A DNA stretch of 64,000 nt from Orbicella franksi (taxonomy: Eukaryota). Each line of letters starts with the position of its first letter. Within the stretch, counting starts at the first letter, position 1. The stretch lies in assembly GCA_964199315.1 (NCBI GenBank), contig OZ116702.1, positions 32,736,001 to 32,800,000 of the forward strand, in the 5' to 3' direction. The notes beneath the pieces were generated by a model. The model ran no database searches, had not been told where the DNA came from, and saw only the letters and a program-made list of their open reading frames with translations. Below, one piece after another: positions 50,217 through 62,759 of the stretch. Made by a program: the position numbers and the translations under genes.

Positions 50217-51321
50217 TAGTTTCACATCGTACTGAACACAAAACAACACTCGATCAAATAAATGTGCATATGGGATTTATTTGTTAGGAACCATGAATAC
50301 AAATTAGCTGTTTAAAATTCATGCTGTGTCACGCATGAGGTAGCTAACGCCCTTGGTGCGAAATATTGAGTGCTTTTACTTTTCTTGTATTCTGAAATGT
50401 GAAGCTCTCTACAGTTAAAACGAAGTTCAAAATGATTGTTATTGTTGCTATATATATTATATAAAAAAATAAATAAACATAGTGAATGGAGTAACGATTT
50501 TCGAACAAACGGCCGTAAAAAGAAAGTTTCGCGGTCTCGGGGTCTCCATTTTGAAGGTGAGGAGAGCAAATTAAAAAAAGTAAGGCCGACAGTGTTGTCT
50601 GATTAGATTCCTATGATACTTGGATTCCAAAATGACAAGTTCTGAAGAAAGTGTGTAAAACTAACGGTGACAAAAGTTTATGGCAAAGAGGCCACTCATA
50701 AAATATTTGAGGGATGTATCGACTAACATCGTGTGTTTAGTTCGCTGTTCAGATTTCGCGCTGATTCGAAATGTTCCCGCGTAAATGCAGCCAGCCCACG
50801 GCTGAGAATAACAATTATCCTGAAAACGAGATTACAAAGCAATGCCCAAACGTCTGTTGAAATGGTTTTTTTTTTTTTAGACAAACAACTCTTGGCGGGG
50901 ATGGTCACAGGAGTTTGCAGCGCAGCTGTTGCAAATTCCTCAAAAGTACCAAAATCGGGGCATATCTTATCTATACGATGGATTTTGTATCTGTCGAACT
51001 CTTCTCTGTAACACATCTTGGATTGTGTCTTGCTAGAAAGTGCGAAACTCAACAAACTTGCAAACAAACTGTGAAACAACTTCCCAAGACGACGGCAAAG
51101 ATTCACTCATATTCGTCGTCACGTGATTCGCTTTTTTTTTTAATCACGTGAATGAAACCAACGGTGCGTGCAATGGTCCGGGGAAAAAAAAAAGCTATTT
51201 CATCAGACGTCTGGGATCAATAGTATGTTATAACAATCAGGAGAAACGCCACAACCAATGGTGATTGGCGTTCTGCATTTCCAATTCCGCACTCGGCACG
51301 GCATCGTACCATTTGTAGTGC

Positions 51322-51535
51322 TGGGGTGCTTTACCATCTTGTCGAGTACGACAAGGACTTTTCAATTCTAGTTTCAGACTCCATATTATCAAGTCAAATG
51401 CGAATCTCATCCCATGTGCTACCCTCGCTACCTTACCAACATGATGAGCGAGGGCTCCGGAAACGGTCACTGGTTTGAAATTCGAAAATCGCACTCGTAC
51501 TCAATCTCGTACTCGTAGTCCAATCTAAAGCTCCC
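51322..51535. mobile_element. Older degenerate MITE abutting the next element
   Basis: Right end ctcgtactcgtagtccaatctaaagctccc; degenerate left end ggggtgctttaccatcttgtcgagtacgac. Confidence 0.5.
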
Positions 51536-51538
51536 TAA

Positions 51539-51995
51539 AGGCTGGTTTTCACTAGCGACGGAGTCGTAGTCGGAGTCGCAATCAGAAGCGTAGTGTGATA
51601 CGATCTAGTGAAAATCAAACTGACAGAGTCGGAAGCAGAACACCGCATCCGCCTACAACTCCGTCGCTTACGATCCAGTAAAAACTAGATTGTCGGAGTC
51701 GCAAGCAGAAGCGGAAGAATAAACCAATCACAACGTTCGTTTCCGGGCCTTGTGATTGGTTGGTTCTTCCGTTTCTGTTTCCGACTCCGACAATGTAGTT
51801 TTCACTGGATGATAAACGACGGAGTCGTAAACGGAATCGGAAGAAATGGAAACGTTCTGATTCTTTCGACTCCGATTCCGTCGAGCTTATGACTCCGCAT
51901 AAGACTCTAATTTTCGATTTTCACTAGGTCGTAAGTTCTCTTACGACTCCGACCACGACTCCGACTCCGACTCAGTCGCTAGTGAAAACCAGCCT
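51539..51995. mobile_element. PIF/Harbinger-type (Tourist-like) MITE with TAA target-site duplication
   Basis: TIR aggctggttttcactagcgac ... gtcgctagtgaaaaccagcct; TAA at 51536-51538 and 51996-51998; internal gagtcg/cgactc repeats. Confidence 0.88.
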
Positions 51996-52351
51996 TAATG
52001 GTACTTATTCTTCCAACCTTACCATTTACAATTCGGTTCACCTTTATTGTTTTTTGTTGATAAAGACTTTCGGAAAATGGTAAGGAAAAATGGTAAGGAA
52101 ATTTCCGACGTTCCGATTCGAACGGAAGAGATATACATCTAAAGTTTTGACTCGAGTATTTTTGCGTCTTCTTCAAGATTCTGTGTTTTATACAGTTTTA
52201 ATTTCAGTAACGCCTTTGAAAGATTGAAGGAACTGATAGCACTCATATAATGCTTGGGGTGGATTCCTGTTCTCCGAGTCAGGATTTACATATTTATTCT
52301 TTGTGAACTATTTAAGCAATTACTTATTCTCAAGATCCAATGATTACTCCC

Positions 52352-52540
52352 TAAACTGCAATACACTGTCAAGGAGAACGATAATAAGAATAAAGAAACT
52401 CATCAAGCCAGGGTGATGAACCACCAAATCTACACAAAGTAATCATGGTGAGATTCCGCAAAATATCCCTACCCACACCATAACAGGTCATTGGAAGTTC
52501 CCATGGGTGGGGCCCTCAACAGCCAAAATCAGTAAAGGAA
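52352..52540. repeat. Interspersed repeat, copy 2
   Basis: Matches 48310-48510 in the same orientation. Confidence 0.7.
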
Positions 52541-53915
52541 TCTGAGGATGGGGTAGATTGCTATTCCCGAGTCAAGATTCCCAGCAGCATTTCTAGTTGA
52601 ATCTCAGGTCAGGATCACCAGCTGCAGTTAAGATTTCGAGTCAGGATTTCGAGCCAAGCATCCATTGACTACAAGGTTTCACTCTGTTCACAACAAAAAA
52701 GTCCGACTCGAGATTCTGCTTGAAATCATACTCCGAACTGTCATGTTGTTGTCAGTTGATTAAGCAGCTTAGTGCAACTAAAAACTTGGATATAGTGGAT
52801 GAGTCCATCATTTTGAAGTCTCCACATAAAATAACTTCCTGACAAAAAAAGACGCTATGATGAGCAATGATAGGTGGGAATCCCGCGCGGGTACAGTCGA
52901 AACCGCGAGCCTGAGAATACGTTGGCAACAACTCGTCCACACTTTCTCTTTTTTCTAACTAATATTGAATTTAATTCTCTCACAGAACGAAAAATAATAA
53001 CACTGTCGTTTTTTATCATCACCACTGACTTGCTAGTTTGTTAAACGTGGGCTAAATGCTAATAACTGGGCACAAATTAATTTTTTGGTGCAAGAATTTA
53101 ACTCTTGTAGTTGCATTGCAACAATTCATGCAAGTCGATATACCACATTAGGAACGTGCGACTCACGATTCTGGAATAACAAGAATCCTGTCTTAATTTT
53201 GAATACTAGAACATTCAAGTTCACGTTAGCGTAAGTAATAATTCGTGTCACTTTTGTCACAAAAAATTTGCCAAACAATTCAAGTTTCATTCTCTTCTTT
53301 TGTTCTTTAATTCTCTTTCTTTACAATATCAAAATACTGACGAGCAGACAAGTTACGAGAATAAAAAAAACAATCAAACTGTCGACATTATAACCATGTA
53401 TCGAGGCATTCTTCTAAATTGTTCAAAACACAAAAGGGGTCATATAAACTCAAAAGGTGGAAAGGATAGTTACGGTTGAAGACGATCTTAAATATTTTAG
53501 GATTAAGATTTCAAAACGCGCCATTGCATTTTGGCCGGACCTGGAAACAGCATGCAAGAATGCGTGCTTGTGATCTCGTGAAATTTTACGCCAAAACGAG
53601 AGAATAAAAAGGGGAAGCCTAAGTACTAGTAATTGTCCTCAACTGTCGACCATTAACCTCGTTCCAGGGTCTTCGCAGTTTTGAAAGGAAGTGGTAAACG
53701 AGACCGTCGAATGAAAAGATCAAAGACTCATTTCATCTGTACAGTGTTAGTCTGTCTCAATCTGAACTAAGATATTCAAAGAAGAAGATGCGCCTTTAAT
53801 GAAAAAGGAATAAAAGTTTTGTTGTTGTTGTCTATATTTAGCGGTCGTGGATAACTGGACTATTAGATGGCTCCGGGAAACCGTGAGTTTTTGAGATTCG
53901 GAATTGAATTAAATG

Positions 53916-56900
53916 TTAAGAAGTTGCCTTGGAAGGTTCAACAACAGCCTTAATAAACAGCGCATCGTCTTTTATGAACTCGCCGGACTCCAGGACCTCG
54001 TGGGGCACGAAGCACGGGTTACCAATCCCAAGGTTCTCTTTCATGGTGGGCCGATTGAACACCACTTTAATGTTCGGCAGCGAGCGGTTCGGGCTGAGTT
54101 GGTGAGTCCGATGAGCTTTCTGCTCGCCTTGATCGATGAGAAAAAAAGTTATTTTTTGCTTAAACGGCCAGTCCAGCAACGCATCGTAGTCGCCCTTCAT
54201 TATTATGATGTACAAGGACAAATGCGTCGATTTACCGCGGTCCCGGCCTTGAAGATACGCCTTCAGTCTCATTTTATAACCGTATTGCGAGGTATAGAAG
54301 GGTGGGCTAAAGATAGCCAAGTCTTCAGGTGAAGCTACTGCTTGCTCAAACTGTTGTTTGTAATTGGTGATTTTCCAAATGAACATGCCGTTCGTACAGG
54401 TACTGCGACTCTCGTTTTCCCGGATTTTCAGCAAAGCTAAACTCAGATGGGTGTGTACCGCGGTCTTGGAGTGGTCTTCGAGTACATCGCGTTTACCCTG
54501 AAGATTAGAATAATAATAATAATAAATGAAAAGGGAAAAAACTTTACCAAGTGTCAAATGCATTTAGCACTCAGTGTTGCGCTAATTGGGGACATTAACT
54601 AAATAAATAAACAAATATCGCAAATAATCCCAGCTAGTGGGAGGCTATTTTACATAACACGGTAGAGGAGTCGAGAGAACCAAATCCAGATAGCGGTCGG
54701 TCAGTGTAAAACGCAGACTGTGGAGTGCAGACTGCTGACTGTAGCTCTGTGACTCGTATGCAGACTTTACCTTTTACTATGCCCCACTATGAGGACGAAG
54801 TGAGAGGCGCGGTGGCCTGATGGTAAATGCGCTCGTCTCCGGATCGAGCGGTCCGAGTTCGAGTCCTGGCTGAGGACATTGTTATGGGTTCTTGGGCAAG
54901 ACACTTTACTCTCACAGTGCCTCTCTCCACCCAGGTGTACAAATGGGTACCGGCGAACTTAATGCTGGGGGTAGCCCTGCGATGGACTAGCATCCCATCC
55001 AGGGGGGAGTAGAAATACTCCTAGTAGCTTCATGCTACTGAAACCGGGATAAGCTCCGGCCTGATGAGTCACTTGGCTCGCATACAGACTTTACCTTTGC
55101 CTTACTATGAAGACAAAATTTTTTTTTTACTTTTGGTTCTGACCGAATAACAAATTTCTACCAATTGATTGACCTTACCTTGAAAGTGCAACCAATATCC
55201 TGGTATGAGCAAGGATGGATTGCCAGAGGACACTCGGTTATGTGAAAAGACATCTAAACAAAATAAAGAACTTAGCTCACGTGCGCAAACAACTTCGTCC
55301 GAAGGGCCGGGTTGTTTAAAGCCCGATTAAAGGAGCTCAGTCATGGTATTTCAAGTTATTTTGGCCGCGTACAGAATTACCTGAAAATAGCAGTTTACTA
55401 CAATGGAAAAAAAACACCAAAGAGATAATAATAAACCATAAAGGAACAGGGATGGTTAAGGATGGAGAAGATTAACACGGATTGCAAACGACGAACTGTA
55501 AAAATTTAGGCTAAACTTTTCAAGGTGCGCAAACTGTGACGTTACTCTTTTAAGCTAACCCAGGATTAGCAAACACTTTGATTCGAGTTTTGTAACTTTT
55601 CGGTGAGGTTTTCTGTTTACATTGTTTGTCCTTCAGCTTTGAATTTGAATAATCTCAAACTACACCAAAGATAAGCAGCGAAAAACAGTTTCATAGACTT
55701 CTTTTAACTTTTAATCCTGGGTTAGCGCTAACCGGCTTTCGAACAACCCGGACCAGATCTCTGCACTGCGTCGCTCCGTCGTCGCGGAGGACCAGTTTAC
55801 TTTGCTTGAATCTCAGATATTTCTCTCGTGGGGATTGAAATGAACCTAGTGTCTTCTCGCACGAGGTTTCTCGGTCTCAGCCTGTGTGTTTTTCTTCTCA
55901 AGGTACGATCGTGTCTAGTTAGTTCGCACGCAAACAGCGCATTGAAGAGGAAAAGGAAATGGTTACGGTGACTCGCGTTGTATTGCTTTGCAAATCTCTC
56001 TTCCGCAAACAACATTTTGAAAAAGAATCCAGTGTCCTCCCAGGAATTAATTGCAATAAGATAGAGCGATTTTCAGTCGAGTGTCGAAAGTAATCAGGCA
56101 ATTTAAATTACTTTAGTTTTGGTTTTGGTTTGACTACGGTTTGAGATTGTCTGAGTAGTCTAATTGGTAAGTAATTGGTTTGTTTTTGGTTTTACGACAC
56201 TCAATTGAAAATCGCTCTAAGGAACTTATTGCCTGTCAGTAACAACGCACGGTGAATACAGATCTTTTTCTAGCCCTAGTTATATCGCTCACTTCTTCTC
56301 GAGGAATGTCTTTTGCTCCACACTTGTTGACACACTCCAAAGGGATTCGCTTGCATACTTTCATGTGCAGCTATTATGAAGACAGAAAAATAAACATCTA
56401 TCACGGTTTTTCTGTGCTAAAGAAAAACTTTCATTCACAAAGTTATTCACTACGCCACTTACGTAGAAAAACAACAACGAAGCACTTATAAACCAAATGC
56501 GCCAAGGATGGTTAACATGAACAAAGAACTTGAAAATTCAGGCCGAGTTTTCAAGATTCTTTAACAATGACATGTAATAGCAAGTAGATCTACTTTTACC
56601 TTACTATCCTTGTAAGTGTACATCTCGGAACAAAAGTGACACGACACCACCCTCCAGCGGCACTTTGACACCAGATGATACTGCAGTGTCCTCCGAGGCA
56701 TAAGTTCATTGCACTCCGGGTTTGTACAGTGTACATCTTCATACGCACAGTTTTTCATGTGTTCCTGTGTGAAAACAAAGATCTCAAAAAAAATCTGTCC
56801 CTGTTTGAGTGTTTGCTATTGTGCTGGTATTGGCCATGTTCGAGTGTGTCGGTCAGCCAGTCAGTTGTTGGAGCTATTCAGTGTCAGCCAGCTAGTTGAA

Positions 56901-59900
56901 AGCTCAGTCGTTATTAGGTCCGTCCCTCTTTTCGTACCGGCCGTCTGCTTCCCCTGCCTGCCTGTCTGTCTATCTGCCTTTCTCTCCGTCGGTCCGTCCG
57001 TTAGTCAGTCAGTCAGTCAGTCAGTCAGTCAGACAGTGAGTCGGTCAGGCAGTCAGTCAGTCAGTCGATCGATTGATCGACCGGTCGGTCGGTCGGTCAA
57101 TCGGTCAGTCCGCCCGCCCGTACCAAAAATTAACTGCGATCTTGTGGCGTGAGAATTTTTGCCATTGTAAAGACCATTTAAAAGCCCAGCATTACAACAA
57201 AACCCTAATGAGCACACGAAGACCTCCAGAGTTGTTTAGGTGTATGTTCACCGGCTTACCTAAAATACAATGCAAAACTCTTCATAACCGAAACAACTTA
57301 AAATATCTTGAGAATTTCGTGCGCCTTTTGTTACGTTTCGCATTGTTAGAAATAAACTTAAGCTACTTAATGCTTATTTACGCTTTGGGTTAAAAAACGC
57401 AACCTGATTACATCGAGTTTCGTTTTTTTTTTTTTTTTTGGCCGTAGTTTTATAAATTTTCAGCGACAAAACAACGGTTTTTACAATGCTGTTTAAAATC
57501 AAATAAAATGCTCTTTCAGTTGTCTTACCAATATTAGCTCATGGTGTAAATGAAGCATACTGAAACTCAGCGAGACTCGTCCCGCATTGTTGCGCAACTA
57601 CAGGTGAAAAAATGACGATTTTGGAATTTCTTGTAAGAAACCGAACAAGCGTAAATCTTGAAATGAGCTAATGCTCAGAAGTCAAAAATATACTTTCTCA
57701 TAGCTAATGCATCAGTATTAAGGTATCAGGTCTCTTGCTACTGGCCGAAGACATATGTGGTCAAAATAACATGACATGTTGGTCTGTGAAGTTGTGAAAT
57801 AAGACCGAAGTTAGCGCGCGAAGTCTTATAAAATCGCTCAGTGAGATACCGAAGCAGATTTGCAGTTTATTATTAAAAACAAAAGTACCCTGTAGTCACG
57901 AGTTTTAGTATAAAACACGAAGAAATAAAATATTTAACATCATTACTGAAGCGAAATTTATGGGAAAACATTCCGAAGACAAAACGGCACGTGCTAATAT
58001 GAACAGATGGTTAAATCAAAACACTCCAGCAAACCACAACTTAAACAATAAGAACTACGTGAAGGAATTACATTTACCTTAACAGTTTCAGGAGTTCTCA
58101 AGCCTGTCTTATGAGATTCTGATAATGAAAAAAACACTCGTCGCCTTTCATTAATCTTTTTTTGTTAATCTGTTGTTTGCTTTAGGTAGAAACTTTAAGC
58201 GTTAAAATGACAACTAAATAGAAAAGGAATCCATTTTTACGGGAAACCATGTCAAAGAAGAAGCAGATCCAGCCTCAAAAAAGCAAACAATATACTTCCC
58301 GTTTGACAGAATATATATAATTTTTGACTGAAAGATAAATTAAAATATACCGTGAAAAAGTGGTTTATTTACATTTGTCGAGTAAAACTGAAAGAATTTT
58401 ACATATTCTTAGGCCGGCCTTACAAGATTTCGTTCATTAACACATAGTCCTTTTAAGATTAAAAATTCATTGTTTTACTAAAAAAGAAATTAACCGCGGT
58501 GCTGGTGTGATGCGTTTTAAGGGTAATGTTCCCAACGCCGGAAAATATCATGATTAAGATCTTCATCGATTTTACTTCTAAAGCAACATTTAATCACATC
58601 CCTTTTGTTTATGTCTTTGGTAGAACAACACGACGCAATTAAAATTAAGATCGAGATCGACAGCATTTGAAATGCAGCCATTCAAACACATGGCTTTTTG
58701 AACAGCTGCCCCGATGGGGCTGAGAAGTGACAGATATAAGCTTTGTATTCAGTCGAGTATAATTACTAAAACAAAAAGGCTACAATTATCCAACGCTGCA
58801 AATCAAGTGAAAAAGAAAACATACAGGACCTGTAACTGTAATTTTACAACTTAAGTCTGTCATGAAAGAAGTTTCGAGCTTCTCTTGTTTCACAGAGAAA
58901 TGTCAAAAGTCCTTGTAAGAAAATGTTACAATGGCGGCGTCAGAAGTGTTTGGATGTTGCCATGGGATGTATTTCGTTTTCTTAAAATTGGTACTTGCCC
59001 CAGTCTAGATACTATGAACGGTGGAAGAAATGCAAAATTCCCTATTCCAGGTCTTCGTACTGTAAAATTTTACCACAGGCTTTTCGAAGAAAGGTTTTAT
59101 CAAAGGTTATTCGATCTTACCTCAACATAAATTAAATCCCCAACCCAGTCGCACTTTCTTTTCCAATTGGAGCATTTCACACCAAGTGATAAAACGGCTC
59201 GTTTTGCTGCCTTGTCGACAAAGATCTGTGAAACGAAAGAAGAGGAAAAAGTGTGAAGATCATAAGTACAATCAAATCGCAATGTCTCAAGACAAACTTG
59301 AGAGCAATTAAGTCAGTTTATAGCCTCAGTTATTTTGCCAAACAAAAACAATACTAATAACTCGGGCGCGTTTTTTTTTTTTTCTGGCACGTCTTTTTCA
59401 AATGAATTAGCCACTAGGTGGTTATTTTAAAGAAACCGCGACCAGGTTTTCGATCCCGAGATAATAAAAGACTTTGACGCCAGTGTCTTTCAATGTCACA
59501 CTTCATATTCATTGCTAGCGTCTTCATTTTGTTGTTATAATTCATACATGTAATTGCTCATGTCCGGTGGAGTTCAGCTCAAGAAATATTAGTCATGGCG
59601 TTCGCGGGCCAAGCGCATGTAATTAATCTAAAATACAGAGAACATTTTTTATGCACATAATAACGACAAGTCCTTTTGAGTTAAAAATTGCCGCTCCAAT
59701 ATTGATGATTTTACATAGCACATCTCATTTGATCACTTTTACAGTGATAGAAGACTATACCGAACTGACTGAATTCAAATTGCGGTTGGCGCGATCGTCT
59801 GGCTATAGCTTGAATATCATAATATTTCTGATATTCTGTCTGCTCCTGAGTGCGATAGAAATTATTTTGACTATTCGGAACATCAAAAAGGCCCTCGCCG

Positions 59901-60649
59901 AAATCAATGAAAAACAAAATTAAAAAAAAACCATTTGAGCCAGTTTCTGGTACACGTCAAATACTATCACTATATTTTCAAAGTAGATTAAGAATTATAT
60001 TTTTGAGCGTGAGTATAACACCCAACAAGAGAGCGAAAAGGGATTACATGTATTTTTTTACTATAACATTCAAACAAGGAACAGCAAAGTGAAATAGATA
60101 AAACAGAAAATATATTCACATTACCTTTGAAGAAGATATTGGTTTTCTGTCCAGAGGGCATAAACATGGACTCCCTTGCCTTAAATATTATTTACGGATA
60201 AAAAAGACTATTAGAAAATGTTAGCATCGTTGAAGCAGAAAACAGGTTTAATGTAATTTTCGCCGCACATAAACACAGAAAAAAAAAATATAAACTCTCA
60301 GACAAAAAGATTTCCATGAAATCATCCACTTCTGCTACGAGAAGTAATTACGGCAACGAATTTCGCGCGCGAGCAATACTCGTTACTACCAACATAGCTG
60401 ACTTTTGAATAATAAATACTTCACTTTTTCTCGCACATGCAAACAACAGGGACTAATTTTTCACAGAAATTAAATGTACCTTCGTTTTAACTCTTGTAGA
60501 CATGACTGGCAAAATCGGTGACCACAATCTTCGATTTGGACGGGGTCGCGAAAAGCTAACTGGCAAATTGGGCATTCGTATTCTTCGGGTAGTGGAAGAA
60601 CAAATTCTGCCTCAAATCCTCCAGTTTCTCGATCTACTCTGTCCGCCAT
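53916..60649 (-). CDS. TNF receptor-associated factor (RING + TRAF zinc fingers + MATH/TRAF-C), 7 exons, 409 aa
   Basis: Exons 60649-60480, 60179-60125, 59225-59121, 56764-56600, 56370-56293, 55253-55179, 54497-53916; phases consistent, 1230 nt. RING CPICQLAFRDPVQIEDCGHRFCQSCL...CPLD; C..C..H..C fingers; MATH GMFIWKI..FSPPFYTSQYGYKM..THLSLY..GDYDALLDWPFKQKITF..FIKDDALFIK. Orthology within the TRAF family is unresolved. Confidence 0.93.
54800..55103 (+). mobile_element. Full-length SINE family A with target-site duplication
   Basis: A box TGGCCTGATGG, B box GAGTTCGAGTCC, core and cagactttacctt tail; flanks actatgaggacgaa (54786-54799) and actatgaagacaaa (55104-55117) match 12/14. Confidence 0.9.
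55304..55754. mobile_element. MITE (outer element of a nested pair)
   Basis: gggccgggttgtttaaagcccgattaa[insert]gctaaccccaggatta ... taatcctgggttagcgctaaccggctttcgaacaacccggacc. Confidence 0.75.
55331..55549. mobile_element. TTAA-flanked MITE (Kolobok/piggyBac-type target) inserted in the outer MITE's left TIR
   Basis: TTAA at 55327-55330 and 55550-55553; imperfect ends aggagctcagtca ... tgacgttactctt. Confidence 0.65.
56995..57120. repeat. (GTCA/GTCG)n tetranucleotide repeat
   Basis: Directly visible in TRAF intron 3; explains ORF 56709..57152. Confidence 0.9.
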
Positions 60650-62123
60650 GTCATTCAAATTTCGGAGTACGGCTGTAGAAATTTCCTCTTTCGCTCCAGT
60701 ATTTTCCGAACGTTCGAGATGTAGCTAGTGCGACGCGAAATTCAGGTTGAAATTATTGACAAGTGCTCCGGTGTAAAGGAAAATGTATAAATAATAATGA
60801 ACCAAGGTCCTGACAATTAATGTCATTATTGAAACACATCTGCTTTCGGCGGGCGCTGGTCTGTCATCAATACCTTTCACTCGATAACATAACAACACAT
60901 TTCACGTGTATTTTCAATTTATTTACTTTGATCTTGACATTATGCAAGACTCCAGAAAAATAAATATCAAATTCAACGGGAATTAAAATTAAAAAGAAAA
61001 TATACCCCATGCTTGTCTTTTCGCACTGAAAAAGATTTCACTGCGGTAGTTTTTTTTAATATTATGTTAAAAAAGTGTTTCAGTTCTTTTTTTTCCAAAA
61101 AATGATAAAAAAAAAAATTAAAACAAGGAAGAGAAATTATATTGTCGCTTTTATTGTCGCAAAAATTTAAACAATAAAGCTATTCAAATATTGATTATGT
61201 AAAAAGGAATCTTGTTTCACTTGAGGCGTATAACCAGACTGAAATAGACATGCACAATTTCCGTGGAGAAGAGAAGGGAAAAAGTTCGCCAGGTGATGAT
61301 ATAGGCCTCTGTTTTCAATGCTAACATTAAATAAATAAAATGTCTTGAAAATGTGCCGAAAATGAGGTAACATCAGCCGTATCCAAGTTGTAACAGGACT
61401 GGTTCTGACCTCGGTTCTAAGGTAGGTATGGAAACAAAGATGCACACATTTGCCTCCCAAGAGAAATTTATGCTGTGAGCAATTACAATTTCCAAGCAAG
61501 CATTATTGCATTTCGCTGCGTCAGTCAATGTTTCCAAAGAATAGCGCCAAAATATTCAAAAGCTGGCAGTTGTCAGGGCAGATAACGACCATTTGGTTTC
61601 CTTGGAGATTTTCCTTGAGTCCCAGACTTTCCAGATAACTTCTCGTCCGTGATGGATTTTTCCACAACTCCAACAAAGGTATTTCACGAGGATCTAGACT
61701 TTTCCATGGAGAACATATACAGCCCATCTGCGTGTAAAACTGAAAAAAAAAAGATGGTTGTGTCTTTTGAAACTCATTTACACAATTTGCCGACAGAACA
61801 TCTGTGTGTTTCGGCTCTTGTTTTCTTTTCTCGCAGGCGAATTAAAAGCTGAAAGAAACAGATGGTCTCCCAGGTGATTATACGAAATGTCCCCCTTAAC
61901 AAATCTCTATGATATCTAGCTATGGTTTTTCCAAGCTTCCACGACCGCAATCGTAGTGTGTCCTACAGGCAAGCGCACGAAAGACTCGCGCACTCCCAGA
62001 TTTTGCTGATCAAAATGAAATGGGCCATTTTCACGTGGGTTTTCCATGGTAAGCATCCCCTTCAAAGCCTACGGTTTTATAAGCGTTTCCATAGCAACAT
62101 GACTATGTCGCTGACATGTCATA

Positions 62124-62627
62124 TATAGAGGATATTACACGGTGGCGAGAAGATATGAATTTTATGTGCGAGTGGCAAGAACAATATCTCACGAGTGAGC
62201 GCAGCGAGAACATAAAATTCATATCTTCGAGCTAACGTGTAATGTTCTTTTTATTATATAGACATACTGATGACGGCGTTTTTGACGATTTTCCGAAGAT
62301 TTCCGACCACTTTCCAAAGATTTCCGAAAATTCTCCAAAACTTGTCCGGAGGTCACACGAACGTTGCCGAACATTTTTCGAAATTTTCCGAAGATTTCCG
62401 AAGATTATCAAAGATTGCCAAAGACTTTCGAGGAAGACCCAAAGATGTTTTGATCGTACATCAACAAATTTAAGTACAATTTACGAGACAAACTTGATAT
62501 CAGTGAAATCATCAATATCCTCACTAGTGAAGATATGGAAATACGCCACCCGAGTCCCGGATGTGTTTTCGTATGAATTTTACGCGTGGTGTATTTTCCA
62601 GTAAAACACTCGTGTCTATATAATAAA
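62124..62627. mobile_element. Probable MITE / non-autonomous element with internal ttccgaaga repeats
   Basis: Ends tatagaggatattacacg and cgtgtctata(taataaa); internal inverted gaagatatgaattt/aaattcatatcttc; explains the low-complexity ORFs at 62242-62746. Confidence 0.6.
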
Positions 62628-62759
62628 TCGGAGTTTTCACTGCCAGTGCTCGAGATATTTACTACGTGGACAACAATATTCTTAAACTCTTCAGAACTTA
62701 CAAAAGTTTTGCCGAAAATGCCCTGCCGAAAATGATAAGATATCAAAGAACAGCACTGT

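Noticed and set aside
50723-51151. Several 78-127 aa overlapping ORFs
   Set aside because: No domain, no consistent exon chain and open on both strands; not supportable without expression data.
56709-57152. 147-aa ORF antisense to TRAF
   Set aside because: Overlaps a TRAF exon and a (GTCA)n repeat; a shadow ORF.
61167-62128. Short ORFs between TRAF and the last gene
   Set aside because: Frames are broken by stops or a frameshift, with no recognisable product.
62242-62746. 120-aa and 112-aa ORFs
   Set aside because: Low-complexity translation of the internal ttccgaaga repeats of a repeat element.
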